From NCBI GenBank assembly GCA_016703065.1, contig JADJCU010000001.1:123098-187097 (forward strand): a stretch of DNA of 64,000 nucleotides, in the 5' to 3' direction. Numbering within the stretch: position 1 is the stretch's first letter; each line of letters opens with the position of its first letter. This document shows, one piece after another, positions 1 to 9,749 of the stretch. A program made the translations under genes and the position numbers. The notes beneath the pieces were generated by a model, which worked only from the letters and a program-made list of their open reading frames with translations, was not told the DNA's origin and searched no databases. The DNA comes from a bacterium (GTDB lineage: Bacteria > Electryoneota > RPQS01).

Positions 1-245
1 ACAATGGCGCCGACCCGAACTACACGCAGGAAGCTGCTGTATTCTTCGGTGCTGGTGTCCAAGTCTGGACCGCACCGGTTGGTTTCGCGAACTACAAGAA
101 GTACGTCGTCGTTGCCGACTGCAACTAAACGCACAACTTGATCGAAAAGAAACGGGGCGCTCCGCAAGGGGCGCCCCGTTTTGTCTGTCATATTGTGTTC
201 GTTGCCGGACTTAGTTCGCTACCGGGATGTGCCGTCTAATTGCCG

Positions 246-1328
246 TCACGCGCGTGTAATCGCGTCAAAGCTGTGTTCACGCACAATCAACGCTCGACCC
301 GCATCGGCAAGCCGCGCCCTCCGGGGGTCATCCTGCAATAACGCGACAATCGCCTCAACGTAGGCAGCCGCACTATCCCCGTCCTTCACCAACACACCCG
401 TCTCTTCGCGCACGACCTCCGCCATGTCTCCCGCATCTCCGGTTACTGGAACCGCGCCTGCGGCCATCGCTTCCATCGTTGCGCAGGACAACCCTTCGGA
501 AAGTGAGTTCAACAAATACACCTTTGCTCGGCAATCGTAACTCAGCACGTCATCCGTGTGCCCCACCAGTTTGAGCGCAGCACCGACCGGAGAGGCCGCC
601 ACGAGCGCCTGCACATCTGCGCGCAGATGACCATCGCCAATCCAAACAAATTTGGCATCAGGCCGCCGCGCCAACACACCTTCGAGGATCCTCACGGTCA
701 ACTCGGGCCGCTTGCGTTTCTGCAGATTGGAAATGACCAGCACGTCGATATCCCGCTCGCGCCCGTCGCTCTTGTACAACGCCGGATCCACTGCACTGTG
801 AATATTCACGATCCGATCTTCCGCGACACCCATACTGCGCAAGAAATCCCGGGCTCGGCGGCCCGGCACAAATAACCGGTCGCAATACTCAAATGCGATC
901 TTTCGCACCCGCCTTTCCAGCCATTGCGGATTACTCAGCCGACGCACCAGCCGATTGACCATCACGTCAGGGCGACGCGCAAAATCAAGATCAAGCTGTC
1001 CCGCGATCAGGTGCATGTCGAGCTTTTTTCCAAAGCAACGCGCTGGCCAATACGCCAACAACAAATGCGGCACGGCATTGTATACCATCACCCGCTCAAT
1101 GCGCTTCCGTGAAATCTCCCGCCACAGCACCAACTCGCGCGAAATCAACCGCCCTGTTATCCGGTGCAGCCAGCGCGGCGGGACCACCCAGCGCACGCGT
1201 TCCATCGGCGGACCGGCACGATCCGATACAAAAGTAATTTCGAGGTCAGGCAGCGCTCGAAGTAGCGGCGGCAGCTTGGCCTGCAACAAGTTGTTGTTCA
1301 GCGTCGTTGTGATCAGCCAGTGCCGCAC
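246..1328 (-). CDS. Glycosyltransferase family 1 (GT4-like, GT-B fold)
   Basis: 360-aa ORF. C-terminal half has the typical GT1 signature (..SLSEGLSCATMEAMAAGAVPV.., EETGVLV). Ends at a TGA. Confidence 0.85.
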   Translation of the reverse strand: MRHWLITTTLNNNLLQAKLPPLLRALPDLEITFVSDRAGPPMERVRWVVPPRWLHRITGRLISRELVLWREISRKRIERVMVYNAVPHLLLAYWPARCFGKKLDMHLIAGQLDLDFARRPDVMVNRLVRRLSNPQWLERRVRKIAFEYCDRLFVPGRRARDFLRSMGVAEDRIVNIHSAVDPALYKSDGRERDIDVLVISNLQKRKRPELTVRILEGVLARRPDAKFVWIGDGHLRADVQALVAASPVGAALKLVGHTDDVLSYDCRAKVYLLNSLSEGLSCATMEAMAAGAVPVTGDAGDMAEVVREETGVLVKDGDSAAAYVEAIVALLQDDPRRARLADAGRALIVREHSFDAITRA

Positions 1329-1342
1329 GGATTGACTCGCCG

Positions 1343-2494
1343 CTATTGATAGAACACTAAGACCCCACGCGCCTCAAGCTGCGGAATCCAATAGAACCGC
1401 GAACTGTCCGAGAGCGGATTGTCATAGACGTACACGCGATCGCCTGACTGCAAACCACTGTTCTCTTCCAAGGGCCGCAAGTCCTGAATGTCGTTGTTCG
1501 ACAACACAACATATTCCAACATCTGCATCTGCGTGAGCGCCGTGATCGAACGAATCTGGTTGCCGCTGATTTCAAAGTCGTTCACCTGCTCAAGTCCGGA
1601 GAGATACGAGATGTCGACCAAATCGTTGTCGTGCAGATACAGCGTATACAGATTGGACATGTTTCGCAGCGGCTCCACGCTCGTGAGCTCGTTGTTCGTC
1701 AGTATTAGGATCTCCATGTCCGTCAACTGGCGAAGCGGCTCAACGTCGCGAATCCCACAGCCCTCCGCGCGCAGCGCCGACAACGAGCGCACCGATGACA
1801 AGGAACCAAGGTCGCCGATCCCGGTGAACGAAATGTCCAGCGATTTCAAGTTCGTCACTGCCAGGATCGGACTGAGATCATTTACAGGATTCGATTGAAT
1901 GTCGAGCTCTCGCAGCTGCCGCAAATCCGACAAGAATGACAAACTTGTGAACGAATTACCGCCAATCCACAGCGTCCGCAGTTCCGGACATGAGCGAAGC
2001 GCCTCAACGTCATTGATTCCGTTGGAGGCACACGAGAGATGCCGCAATTGCGTGTGATTCACCAACGGTGACAGACTCGGCGCGTGATTCCCCGAGTACG
2101 AAAGGTACACAAGATTGGTCAGAGGCGAAAGCGCCTCGATACTATCTACCAGATTATAGTCGAGGATCAGAGTGTCAAGCTCATACAGCCCGGCCAGCGG
2201 CGCAATATCCGCCACCATATTGACGCGCAGGTTAAGATAATTCAGGGATCGCATGCTCTCCACGCCTGACAGGTCGCGGATCCCAAATTCCGCCGCAGGC
2301 AGGCGCCGCAACCCTTGCAGTTCGCTAAGCGTAATGTCTCCAGTCGGCCTAAGCAACGCCGCTCGCACTGCGTTTTCCAGCGCTGTGTCCGCAAATGCGA
2401 CCACCTGAAGGTCCGCACTATTTTCAGCCTTATCGCGCTCGCAGCCAAGCACAGTCACCAAGAGCGCCGCCAATATCAAGGTCTTCGCAAACAT
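1343..2494 (-). CDS. Leucine-rich-repeat (internalin-like) lipoprotein
   Basis: Tandem ~22-aa LxxLxxLxLxxN repeats. Start moved to the internal Met (MFAKTLILAALLVTVLGC), which gives a signal peptide with a lipobox-like VLGC and is preceded by a GGAGGAG RBS. TAG stop. Confidence 0.75.
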   Translation of the reverse strand: MFAKTLILAALLVTVLGCERDKAENSADLQVVAFADTALENAVRAALLRPTGDITLSELQGLRRLPAAEFGIRDLSGVESMRSLNYLNLRVNMVADIAPLAGLYELDTLILDYNLVDSIEALSPLTNLVYLSYSGNHAPSLSPLVNHTQLRHLSCASNGINDVEALRSCPELRTLWIGGNSFTSLSFLSDLRQLRELDIQSNPVNDLSPILAVTNLKSLDISFTGIGDLGSLSSVRSLSALRAEGCGIRDVEPLRQLTDMEILILTNNELTSVEPLRNMSNLYTLYLHDNDLVDISYLSGLEQVNDFEISGNQIRSITALTQMQMLEYVVLSNNDIQDLRPLEENSGLQSGDRVYVYDNPLSDSSRFYWIPQLEARGVLVFYQ

Positions 2495-2552
2495 AAGCTC
2501 CTCCTCGCGGCTTGATGGACTTAATGTACGACTCGACCAAACCAAAGTCAAA

Positions 2553-2581
2553 GCCCCCGGCGGGGAGCAACCGCCGGGGGC
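2553..2581 (-). terminator. GC-rich hairpin after the 748-aa gene (putative intrinsic terminator)
   Basis: GCCCCCGGCGG-ggagcaa-CCGCCGGGGGC. On the minus strand it is followed by a T-rich TTTGACTTTGGTTT. Confidence 0.4.
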
Positions 2582-2607
2582 CTGTCCTTCAGGGAGATCG
2601 GGTTCCC

Positions 2608-4854
2608 CTACTTGAGAAGCATCATCTTCCGCATATCCGTAAACTGCGGCGTCTCAAGACGGTAGAAGTACATACCGCTTGGCAGGCCGGTCGCGTCAAA
2701 ATCGACCGTGTAGTGGCCCGCACTCTGAGCGCCGTTTACCAGACTCGCCACTTCGCGGCCCAACAGGTTGAATACCTTCAGGCTGACGTTGGCGGCTTCC
2801 GCAAGATCATACGTGATCTGCGTCGTCGGGTTGAACGGGTTCGGGTAGTTCTGGTACAACGCGAACTTCGAGACCACCGCGTTCGACGGTTCGACTTCGC
2901 TCGCCACTTCTGCGACGACCATGCGATTGCCGTCCATGTCAATCGACATCAGGCGGTACGAGTACGTCTCGCCCACCGCAACGTCCGTGTCAAGGAACTG
3001 ATAGCTGCGCGAACTCGACGTCGAACCCGCGCCTGTGATTAAACCGCTGATGCTGACCCAGCCGTCGCCTTCGTGACGCTGAAGATCGAAGCCTTCGTTA
3101 TTCAACTCCGAGGCCGTGCGCCAGTTCAAGACCACGCGACCGTTCGATCCGTCGGCTGTGAATGACATCAACTCCACCGGCAGCTGTAAGTCAGCCACGA
3201 TGTAATCTTCGGTCTCACCGAGATTGTCATCAACGTACGTCTGCGCCGTCGTGCAATCTACGAACGGCCCGTTGCCGCCCGGCATGTCGGGTCCCGCAGA
3301 CAGTAGCCGGAAGCGCAAGTAACCGTCATAACGACCCTGTCCGAGCACGCCCGGGTCGGTGAAACAGACTGTGTAATTCGTTGTCGTGTTTGCGCTCGTC
3401 GGGAAGAAAGGCTGACCTTGAACCACGCACTCCGATGCCACAATCGTATCATCGCCTTCGGCGGGAACAAGCATGTCGTCAAAGTCGCAATCCGTGTTGC
3501 CATCTTTCCAGGCCCACAGAAAGAGCGGTGTGCCCGGAATGTATGCCGGCCCAGTCGAAATCGCGACCTCAACACACACCCGCGTGAACGGCAGCCACGA
3601 ACCGTCGGACGTATTGTCCGAAGGAATGAACACGATGCCGTCGTCGCACAAGTCAACATTTACCTGGTCCGGAAACAGCTCGTGATCCACACACTCGCCA
3701 AGCCACGCAACCTGGTCCTCGGCCGCAAACACGGCATTGGCCGGGCCGCCACTCTCAGCTGTATACGTCGGATAGCACGGTTGCTCGTCGTCGCCAAGCG
3801 AAGGAAGATCACCCAAATCATAGCCTTCCGGTGAAGGCGGAATCTGACGACAGGTCATATAAACTTCCAGGCGCGATGACCACACTGTTGTAGCCCATGC
3901 GCATTGATCCGAAAGCGCGTCGATGTCGATTTGAACGTCAAGACGCCCGTCTGTCAATGCGTCGAGCGGGACGCCAAGCCGCGTCTGGTGATTCGCCAGG
4001 TTGGCCGGAGAGTACTGATCGTCGTTAAGAATGCCGAGCAGGTACTGGTCACCGGAAATTTCGTCTATCTGGCAGTAGGACGCCTCAGCAGCCGGACCTT
4101 CGTAGCAAATGTCCACGTCGTACGAACAGATTACCAGGTACGCGGAGTCAATCGTAAAGTCGCCGCAATCCATCGCCGTGTTATCAAAGAAGTGAGCCCA
4201 CGAGAAATCCTGGTTATGCCAGTTGTAGAAACCGAAGCCTACCATACTTCCGTCCTCATTCGCGGAAGGCTCTTGACAGGGCGCGCCGTCCGTCTGGAAC
4301 GGTCCGTCATAGTTTGGCTCGGACGATTCCTCGTTCACCGTTTCGACGTAGACGATTTGATCGCCCTCGTAGGTGAATCCGTCTTCATGCGGCGAAGCCG
4401 GGCAAGGGTCGGTGCAAGCCAAGACCTCAAGCTCGCCGTCGCCTGCGCCTTCAATCGTCAGATAGTACGTGCCCGCTTCAAGCTGCGCGCACAAGATATG
4501 CCCCCGGTTGACGACCAGTCCGCGCGGGAATAGCTGATCACCGTCGCAGCAGCCCGTGGTCAGATACAGATGCCCCGGACCGTCATACATACTTAGGTCG
4601 AACGAATATCCGCCCGCTTGCTGTACCAGCAACTGGAAAGTGACATCGTCCGTTACTTCGCGGCCGCAGCTACCCTCGCCATCGCCGGCATTGGCCAGAA
4701 CGATGTCGTAGAAGTAGGCAGAAGTGCTCGCAAGCGATACCTCATAGGCCGCAGAACATTCATCAAGACTGCGGGGACTTCCACGATCGCCCGCCCATGC
4801 TGCCGACAGCGCGGTCAGCATGACAATTAACCACATACGATTCAAGATTTTCAC
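2608..4854 (-). CDS. Secreted T9SS cargo protein (type-A Por C-terminal domain), function unknown
   Basis: 748 aa. N-terminal signal peptide MKILNRMWLIVMLTALSAAWAG. C-terminus KFALYQNYPNPFNPTTQITYDL...YFYRLETPQFTDMRKMMLLK matches the T9SS sorting-domain pattern. RBS GAGGAG upstream. Confidence 0.75.
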   Translation of the reverse strand: MKILNRMWLIVMLTALSAAWAGDRGSPRSLDECSAAYEVSLASTSAYFYDIVLANAGDGEGSCGREVTDDVTFQLLVQQAGGYSFDLSMYDGPGHLYLTTGCCDGDQLFPRGLVVNRGHILCAQLEAGTYYLTIEGAGDGELEVLACTDPCPASPHEDGFTYEGDQIVYVETVNEESSEPNYDGPFQTDGAPCQEPSANEDGSMVGFGFYNWHNQDFSWAHFFDNTAMDCGDFTIDSAYLVICSYDVDICYEGPAAEASYCQIDEISGDQYLLGILNDDQYSPANLANHQTRLGVPLDALTDGRLDVQIDIDALSDQCAWATTVWSSRLEVYMTCRQIPPSPEGYDLGDLPSLGDDEQPCYPTYTAESGGPANAVFAAEDQVAWLGECVDHELFPDQVNVDLCDDGIVFIPSDNTSDGSWLPFTRVCVEVAISTGPAYIPGTPLFLWAWKDGNTDCDFDDMLVPAEGDDTIVASECVVQGQPFFPTSANTTTNYTVCFTDPGVLGQGRYDGYLRFRLLSAGPDMPGGNGPFVDCTTAQTYVDDNLGETEDYIVADLQLPVELMSFTADGSNGRVVLNWRTASELNNEGFDLQRHEGDGWVSISGLITGAGSTSSSRSYQFLDTDVAVGETYSYRLMSIDMDGNRMVVAEVASEVEPSNAVVSKFALYQNYPNPFNPTTQITYDLAEAANVSLKVFNLLGREVASLVNGAQSAGHYTVDFDATGLPSGMYFYRLETPQFTDMRKMMLLK

Positions 4855-5244
4855 ATGCTCCTCCGATCCTCGAATATGTTACGATACCAAACTTGTTTCG
4901 TGCATTGCGTCGCCTCCTGCACTTGCTAAGGCAGTAGGCTTTCTTGCGATCATAAGTAGATGATTTTGTTACACAAAATCGCCTTGTTATGCTATCCTAC
5001 AAGTGCTCCAGAATGTACTCTCGTCAGGCTCGAACCGCAATTATTTTTCATAGCTTACATCCTCCCAGATGGGTCGTTATCTGTTTGCTATATTCTTATT
5101 ATTCTGAAACTTGTGTTAACTATAATAGCTATAATCCATACCTATTCCGCACCCTAAGTTCCGCTACAACGGTCCCACTGCCAATTCAAACACCGGTCGG
5201 CTTGACTCTTGCCCCGCTCTTCGCTAAATTGCGCTTTCCTCTAA

Positions 5245-5317
<73 letters not shown>

Positions 5318-5850
5318 CCTCCAAAGGCCTGCCCATCTTCCGGGTGGGCCTTTCTCTTGCATTTTGCAAATGACCCTATTTGCTTGGAACCCCGCATCGC
5401 CACGGAGAATGGACGATGCGGGGTTCTCTGCGTTTTCACCTCGGATGACCGGATAAGGCAGGTCCCAACCTGCGTTACGTGCCTAATTTAGGGCGATGAC
5501 ACCCCTAAAGTCAATTCAAAACATGTTCTTAGAAAAATTCTGGGGGAGTAAGCTCGCCGTGCGCAGTAATTCCTGCCCCCGTCAACCACTTGTGTCGCTG
5601 TGTTGACATAAGCCAACACATAACACCCTAAAGCGCTACTCCGACAAGACCTAAACTTCAAGCGGCCAGCGTGCCTCCTCCGCAACTCTCATCCTCTCAC
5701 CCAGATTTGCGCTGCAACCAATTGACCCGATAGCTGGTCTGACTGTACAAGGCAGGGTGACCGCACCAAGCCCCCCGATAACAGAGCTGAGGCGCTGACG
5801 CGGTCTGACGCGGGACCCATGATCGCTATTGCCTCGCAATAAGAAACCCC

Positions 5851-5885
5851 CGACTTTGACACCGGTCGGGGGTTTCGTTTTGTTA
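5851..5885 (-). terminator. Intrinsic terminator for the 556-aa lipoprotein gene (bidirectional-looking)
   Basis: AAACCCCCGAC-tttgacacc-GGTCGGGGGTTT with T-rich tails on both strands, immediately 3' of the minus-strand stop at 5896. Confidence 0.4.
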
Positions 5886-5895
5886 TCTGGTATGG

Positions 5896-7566
5896 CTACC
5901 GTTGACTTACAACCGGAGTCTCCTTGACAAGAATCTGCGGCGGCGGTTCCGCGTGGAATAGCGCCCCGGGCGGTGCCGTGCGAATAAAACCTCCCGGTAA
6001 GACTTGGAACTGGACAATCTCAATGGACTGCTCGTGGCCAATGATCCGGTCATACGTCTCTACGCTGGCGCGATTCACGACGCGAATGTTGAGCGGTTGC
6101 TGCGGGATGTTGTTTCCGCAATCTGACCACCAATCAACCCATACCGAGTACTCCCCTACCGGGGCGGTCTGCCAGAAAATGTTTTCCGGCGTCCCGTTCT
6201 GATAGTTGCCGCATAGATTGTCGCGATCCAACTGTCCACCCGTGGCCGTTTCGCTGTGCCCGAAATAACACCGCTCTCCAGACGGTTCATACACCCATAA
6301 ATCCAGATCGAGGTTATTCTCGTTGAACCACTGCAGCGTTACCTGCACTTCGCCGGTGCCAACCGGGATCGTAGCTTCCGGCACGCAGCCGCACGTACCG
6401 ATCACCGGCTCCGGAGCGCCGCCTTCCGACGAGAACCCGCTCCATGCAGCGGCGCAGGTCATCGTGCCATCCCACAACCGGCCGGCTGGCTGGGCAATCG
6501 TCATCTGCCGCGCCTGCCGGCGAATATCCCCGTTATTGTCGCGGCGCTGCATACAAATCGTATACGTCCCTTGCGGCAAATACCAATACGCGGTTTCAGA
6601 CAAACCAAACTGCCCTGAACCGCAAATCGAGTGTAGGCCATGTTCCGGCAGAAAGACTTGATCCGCAGATGGATAGTGGAGCAAGTAGGTCTCGACGCAC
6701 AGTGTCACAAGCTCGTCACTCGCGCTCTCGACTTCAATACAGCCCCAACCCTCCGAATTCACTCCGGGTGTGATCGATGCCGCCGCGAACCAGATCGAAA
6801 GCTCATACGTTTGCGCGCTGACTGTGCCAAACTCCTCGTCAAACGTGCCTGCAAAATTCTCGAGCTGTCCGCTGGTTGGATTGATGCGATAGAGAAAGAC
6901 CTCGCGATCGCTGATATCGGCCCCATCAAGCAGCGGCAAGGTGAGCTCAACCGGATAGGCGAACACGAACCCCCCCGGCGTAAAGCGGTAGTAGTTCGAT
7001 ACGCGCGTTTGGCCGGAAGGTGGAGCGGCGTTCGTTGAACTGTCTCGATCGACAGAGAAGACCATCGTTGCCGTTTGGCCGTTCTCGGCGAGCGGCACGG
7101 CTCCCAGCGGCACGCGAATCTGCGCGCCGTTCCGAGTGCGGATCACGCCCGACTCATTCGAGCGAATCGCTCCCGAGGCCGCGTCCGCATTCGAGATTTC
7201 TGCGCTCAGAGTCGTCTCAGATGACCGCCCCACATTGTCATAGCCAACGACGCGCAGTACGTAGTCTCCGTCGGGAACATCGCCGCTGTTCCACTGCCAC
7301 GTGCTTGAAGGACTGCTCGCAGTCGGATTCGGATCCGTATACATCGCCGTCTCGTCGATGAAGTACACAATCCGATCCAGAGCATCACCTGACGCATCGT
7401 GCGCGAACACCTCAACCGTGATGAGGCCGCTCAATTCGCCGCCCGCGCCCGGGTTAAGAATCGTGATTGTCGGATTGCCGACCGTCGGCTCCGTTGGCTC
7501 TTCTTCGCATGCACCGATGACAATCAGCAACGGCAGCGTGCAAAATGCAAGAATGTTGTGCCGCAT
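5896..7566 (-). CDS. Secreted lipoprotein with Ig-like/Big-type regions, function unknown
   Basis: 556 aa. Signal peptide plus lipobox (LLIVIGAC). Beta-rich, Gly/Thr/Ser-rich. No T9SS tail. TAG stop. Confidence 0.6.
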   Translation of the reverse strand: MRHNILAFCTLPLLIVIGACEEEPTEPTVGNPTITILNPGAGGELSGLITVEVFAHDASGDALDRIVYFIDETAMYTDPNPTASSPSSTWQWNSGDVPDGDYVLRVVGYDNVGRSSETTLSAEISNADAASGAIRSNESGVIRTRNGAQIRVPLGAVPLAENGQTATMVFSVDRDSSTNAAPPSGQTRVSNYYRFTPGGFVFAYPVELTLPLLDGADISDREVFLYRINPTSGQLENFAGTFDEEFGTVSAQTYELSIWFAAASITPGVNSEGWGCIEVESASDELVTLCVETYLLHYPSADQVFLPEHGLHSICGSGQFGLSETAYWYLPQGTYTICMQRRDNNGDIRRQARQMTIAQPAGRLWDGTMTCAAAWSGFSSEGGAPEPVIGTCGCVPEATIPVGTGEVQVTLQWFNENNLDLDLWVYEPSGERCYFGHSETATGGQLDRDNLCGNYQNGTPENIFWQTAPVGEYSVWVDWWSDCGNNIPQQPLNIRVVNRASVETYDRIIGHEQSIEIVQFQVLPGGFIRTAPPGALFHAEPPPQILVKETPVVSQR

Positions 7567-7628
7567 AACAGCTCCTTAGAGTTTAGCACTCCAAGTAGAG
7601 CAAAGAGCGTGCGCATTCCTAAAACAAA

Positions 7629-7654
7629 GCGGGGCGGCCTTTCGGCCGCCCCGC
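7629..7654 (-). terminator. Rho-independent terminator directly after the TAA stop of the outer-membrane protein gene
   Basis: GCGGGGCGGCC-tttc-GGCCGCCCCGC, followed on the minus strand by TTTGTTTT. This shows that TAA acts as a true stop in this genome. Confidence 0.6.
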
Positions 7655-7679
7655 TGCAACTGCATCTGATCTGTTCGAC

Positions 7680-8837
7680 TTACTGCTTGTCGAAGTTGAT
7701 CTTGATCGACGCGCGAGTAAAGATCATGTCGTTGTAGCCCGACAGGAAGTTCGGACCATAACCGAAGAACGACGGGTGAATCGTCACGTCGCCCTGGAAA
7801 CGGTTCCAACGCATCGTCGCGCCAACGTACATGTCGGTCACGCTTGACGAATACTCAGGCTTGCCCAGTTCAGATTCTTCGGTCACGCCGCGCCAATCGC
7901 GCTCGGCACCAAAGCGGCCCCAAAGCCACGGGAACAGCTCGGACTCACACCCGATGCGCCAGAAGATGTCTGACTGCGAATCGGTCGCTTCGTCGCCGCC
8001 GTCCGGCTTCATCGTCTGACCCATGCTGCGCAGACCCAGCTCGGAAATCACGAGCAGGTTTTCTTTCGGAGTCCAATTATTGCCCAAGCCCAAACGGAAC
8101 ATGGACGTGCTGTACTCGTGCGCCGCATCACCAATCTTGGCGTTGTCCGTGTGCATGCCGATCGCAAGGCTCGGGACAATCTTGTACGTTTCGCTGGCTT
8201 CGTGCCAGTAACGGCCCGCGAGCATGATGTCGCTCGCGCCATCGGCTTCGGCCAAAGTGTTGCCGCCGTGATCAACCGTATACGAACCCGAACGGAAGCC
8301 CAACGACAAGTCGAGCTTCTCTTCCATCGCCGTCAAACCAAGCAACAGGCCGATTTCGCTGTACGAATCGTCAATGTCGCCGCCGTCGGCATCCGTCGCA
8401 TAGCTCTTGCCCGCGAAGTGCAGGCCAACGCCGATCAGCATGTCGCCCATCGGACGGCCATACGTCACGTTCAACTTGTTGTAGCCGCCTTCGATGTCAT
8501 CAAGACCCGACAGCTCACTGGCCGCAAGCATACCGTAGTTGCGGTGGTTCAGATTGTCAACCGCCAATTGAAGGACGGAAGACTCGTCGCCGAAATCATA
8601 GTTCACATAGGCCTTGTGAATGCCGTATTCCGCCGTCTCGTACGCTTCGAGGCCGGCTTGCATACCGTAGTGCTTGACCAACTGCGGCCAAACCGTGGCG
8701 TTGTACGCGTCCCGTACAATGTAATTGGCATCCGCGCCACCGATACCGATAACACGAGTGATCGTGGCGTTCGAGGTCGCCGGCAGGATCACGACTGCCA
8801 GCAGAAGTGCGACAAACAGTGTTTTACGAAGAAACAT
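7680..8837 (-). CDS. Outer-membrane beta-barrel (porin-like) protein, function unknown
   Basis: Start moved to MFLRKTLFVALLLAVVILPATSNA (signal peptide). Alternating amphipathic beta-strand composition. C-terminal ..IKINFDKQ then TAA. Forms an operon with the downstream lipoprotein. Confidence 0.5.
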   Translation of the reverse strand: MFLRKTLFVALLLAVVILPATSNATITRVIGIGGADANYIVRDAYNATVWPQLVKHYGMQAGLEAYETAEYGIHKAYVNYDFGDESSVLQLAVDNLNHRNYGMLAASELSGLDDIEGGYNKLNVTYGRPMGDMLIGVGLHFAGKSYATDADGGDIDDSYSEIGLLLGLTAMEEKLDLSLGFRSGSYTVDHGGNTLAEADGASDIMLAGRYWHEASETYKIVPSLAIGMHTDNAKIGDAAHEYSTSMFRLGLGNNWTPKENLLVISELGLRSMGQTMKPDGGDEATDSQSDIFWRIGCESELFPWLWGRFGAERDWRGVTEESELGKPEYSSSVTDMYVGATMRWNRFQGDVTIHPSFFGYGPNFLSGYNDMIFTRASIKINFDKQ

Positions 8838-9124
8838 GTACCTTATCTCCTTGGTTTCCCTTTGCGGAACTTGCGCAAATATAGAATAATCTAAGCCGAA
8901 AAGCAAGGCGTTTGGGACCGAGTCAAGCCCAAATACTGCCTGCAATCCCTTAGAGAGTCAATAGCTTATGAACCAAACTGACTTGCGATTTGTTTCACGA
9001 ACTCCGCCTCTACTCCCCGCTCCGTAACCTGAAAATATCATGAAAATACTCAACTTATCAACTTATCCACACCCAGTTGTCAGACCTCAACAACGGCTGT
9101 TAGCTTTGTGTTACTCCTCCATTT

Positions 9125-9141
9125 CCTGAACACCGTTCAGG
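9125..9141 (+). promoter_or_regulatory. Perfect palindrome CCTGAAC-acc-GTTCAGG upstream of the REC gene (candidate operator)
   Basis: 7-bp inverted arms with a 3-bp spacer about 140 bp upstream of the receiver-domain gene start. No known motif assigned. Confidence 0.2.
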
Positions 9142-9279
9142 AGGCATGCCCCGCCACACCCTCCATATGCCTCGCCTCTCCCGCCGACCCCCCAGCCGAA
9201 TCCTCACACCCGGCACATTCTTTGCGCACTTCGGACCCATAGATTACTATTTTCTGTAGTACTGAACCTATTCGCTTTC

Positions 9280-9648
9280 ATGCAAAAGTGCCTGGTCGTA
9301 GACGATGACAGGGCGATGCTCGAACTGCTTGCCCAGTGTGTTAAGGAGTTAGGGTTTGAACCCATACAGGCCGAAGACGGCGACCAGGCGTGGACCGTCT
9401 TCAAGCACGATCACCCGGCGTTGGTCATTTCGGACATACATATGCCTAACCGCAACGGGCTGTTGCTCTTGAAAGACATCAAAGAGAGCGACGCCAACGT
9501 CCCCGTGATCCTGATTACCGGTTGGGTTCACTATAAGGCCGCTATCAACATGGCCCCGCCGAGACCCGAGGCCTATCTCGAAAAGCCGTTCTCGCTCGAA
9601 CAGCTCCGCGACGCCATTTCAAGCGTTGCGCTGCGACAGTCCGCCTGA
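9280..9648 (+). CDS. Single-domain response regulator (CheY-like receiver domain)
   Basis: 122 aa. VVDDD.., phospho-acceptor-like D in LVISDIHMP, conserved T/K region (ILITGW.., ..KPF). Confidence 0.85.
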   Translation: MQKCLVVDDDRAMLELLAQCVKELGFEPIQAEDGDQAWTVFKHDHPALVISDIHMPNRNGLLLLKDIKESDANVPVILITGWVHYKAAINMAPPRPEAYLEKPFSLEQLRDAISSVALRQSA

Positions 9649-9693
9649 CTAATATCGAGTAAGCCGCTCCTCGTGAGAGCGGCCTCGCCATAC

Positions 9694-9726
9694 AAAAAGC
9701 CCGATGCAGAAATGCGCCGGGCTTTT
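9694..9726. terminator. Bidirectional intrinsic terminator between the REC gene (+) and the subtilisin gene (-)
   Basis: AAAAAGCCCG-(13 nt)-CGGGCTTTTG with A/T tails on both sides. A second hairpin GCCGCTC..GAGCGGC lies just upstream. Confidence 0.5.
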
Positions 9727-9749
9727 GAGTTGTGACCGGAACGACAGGC

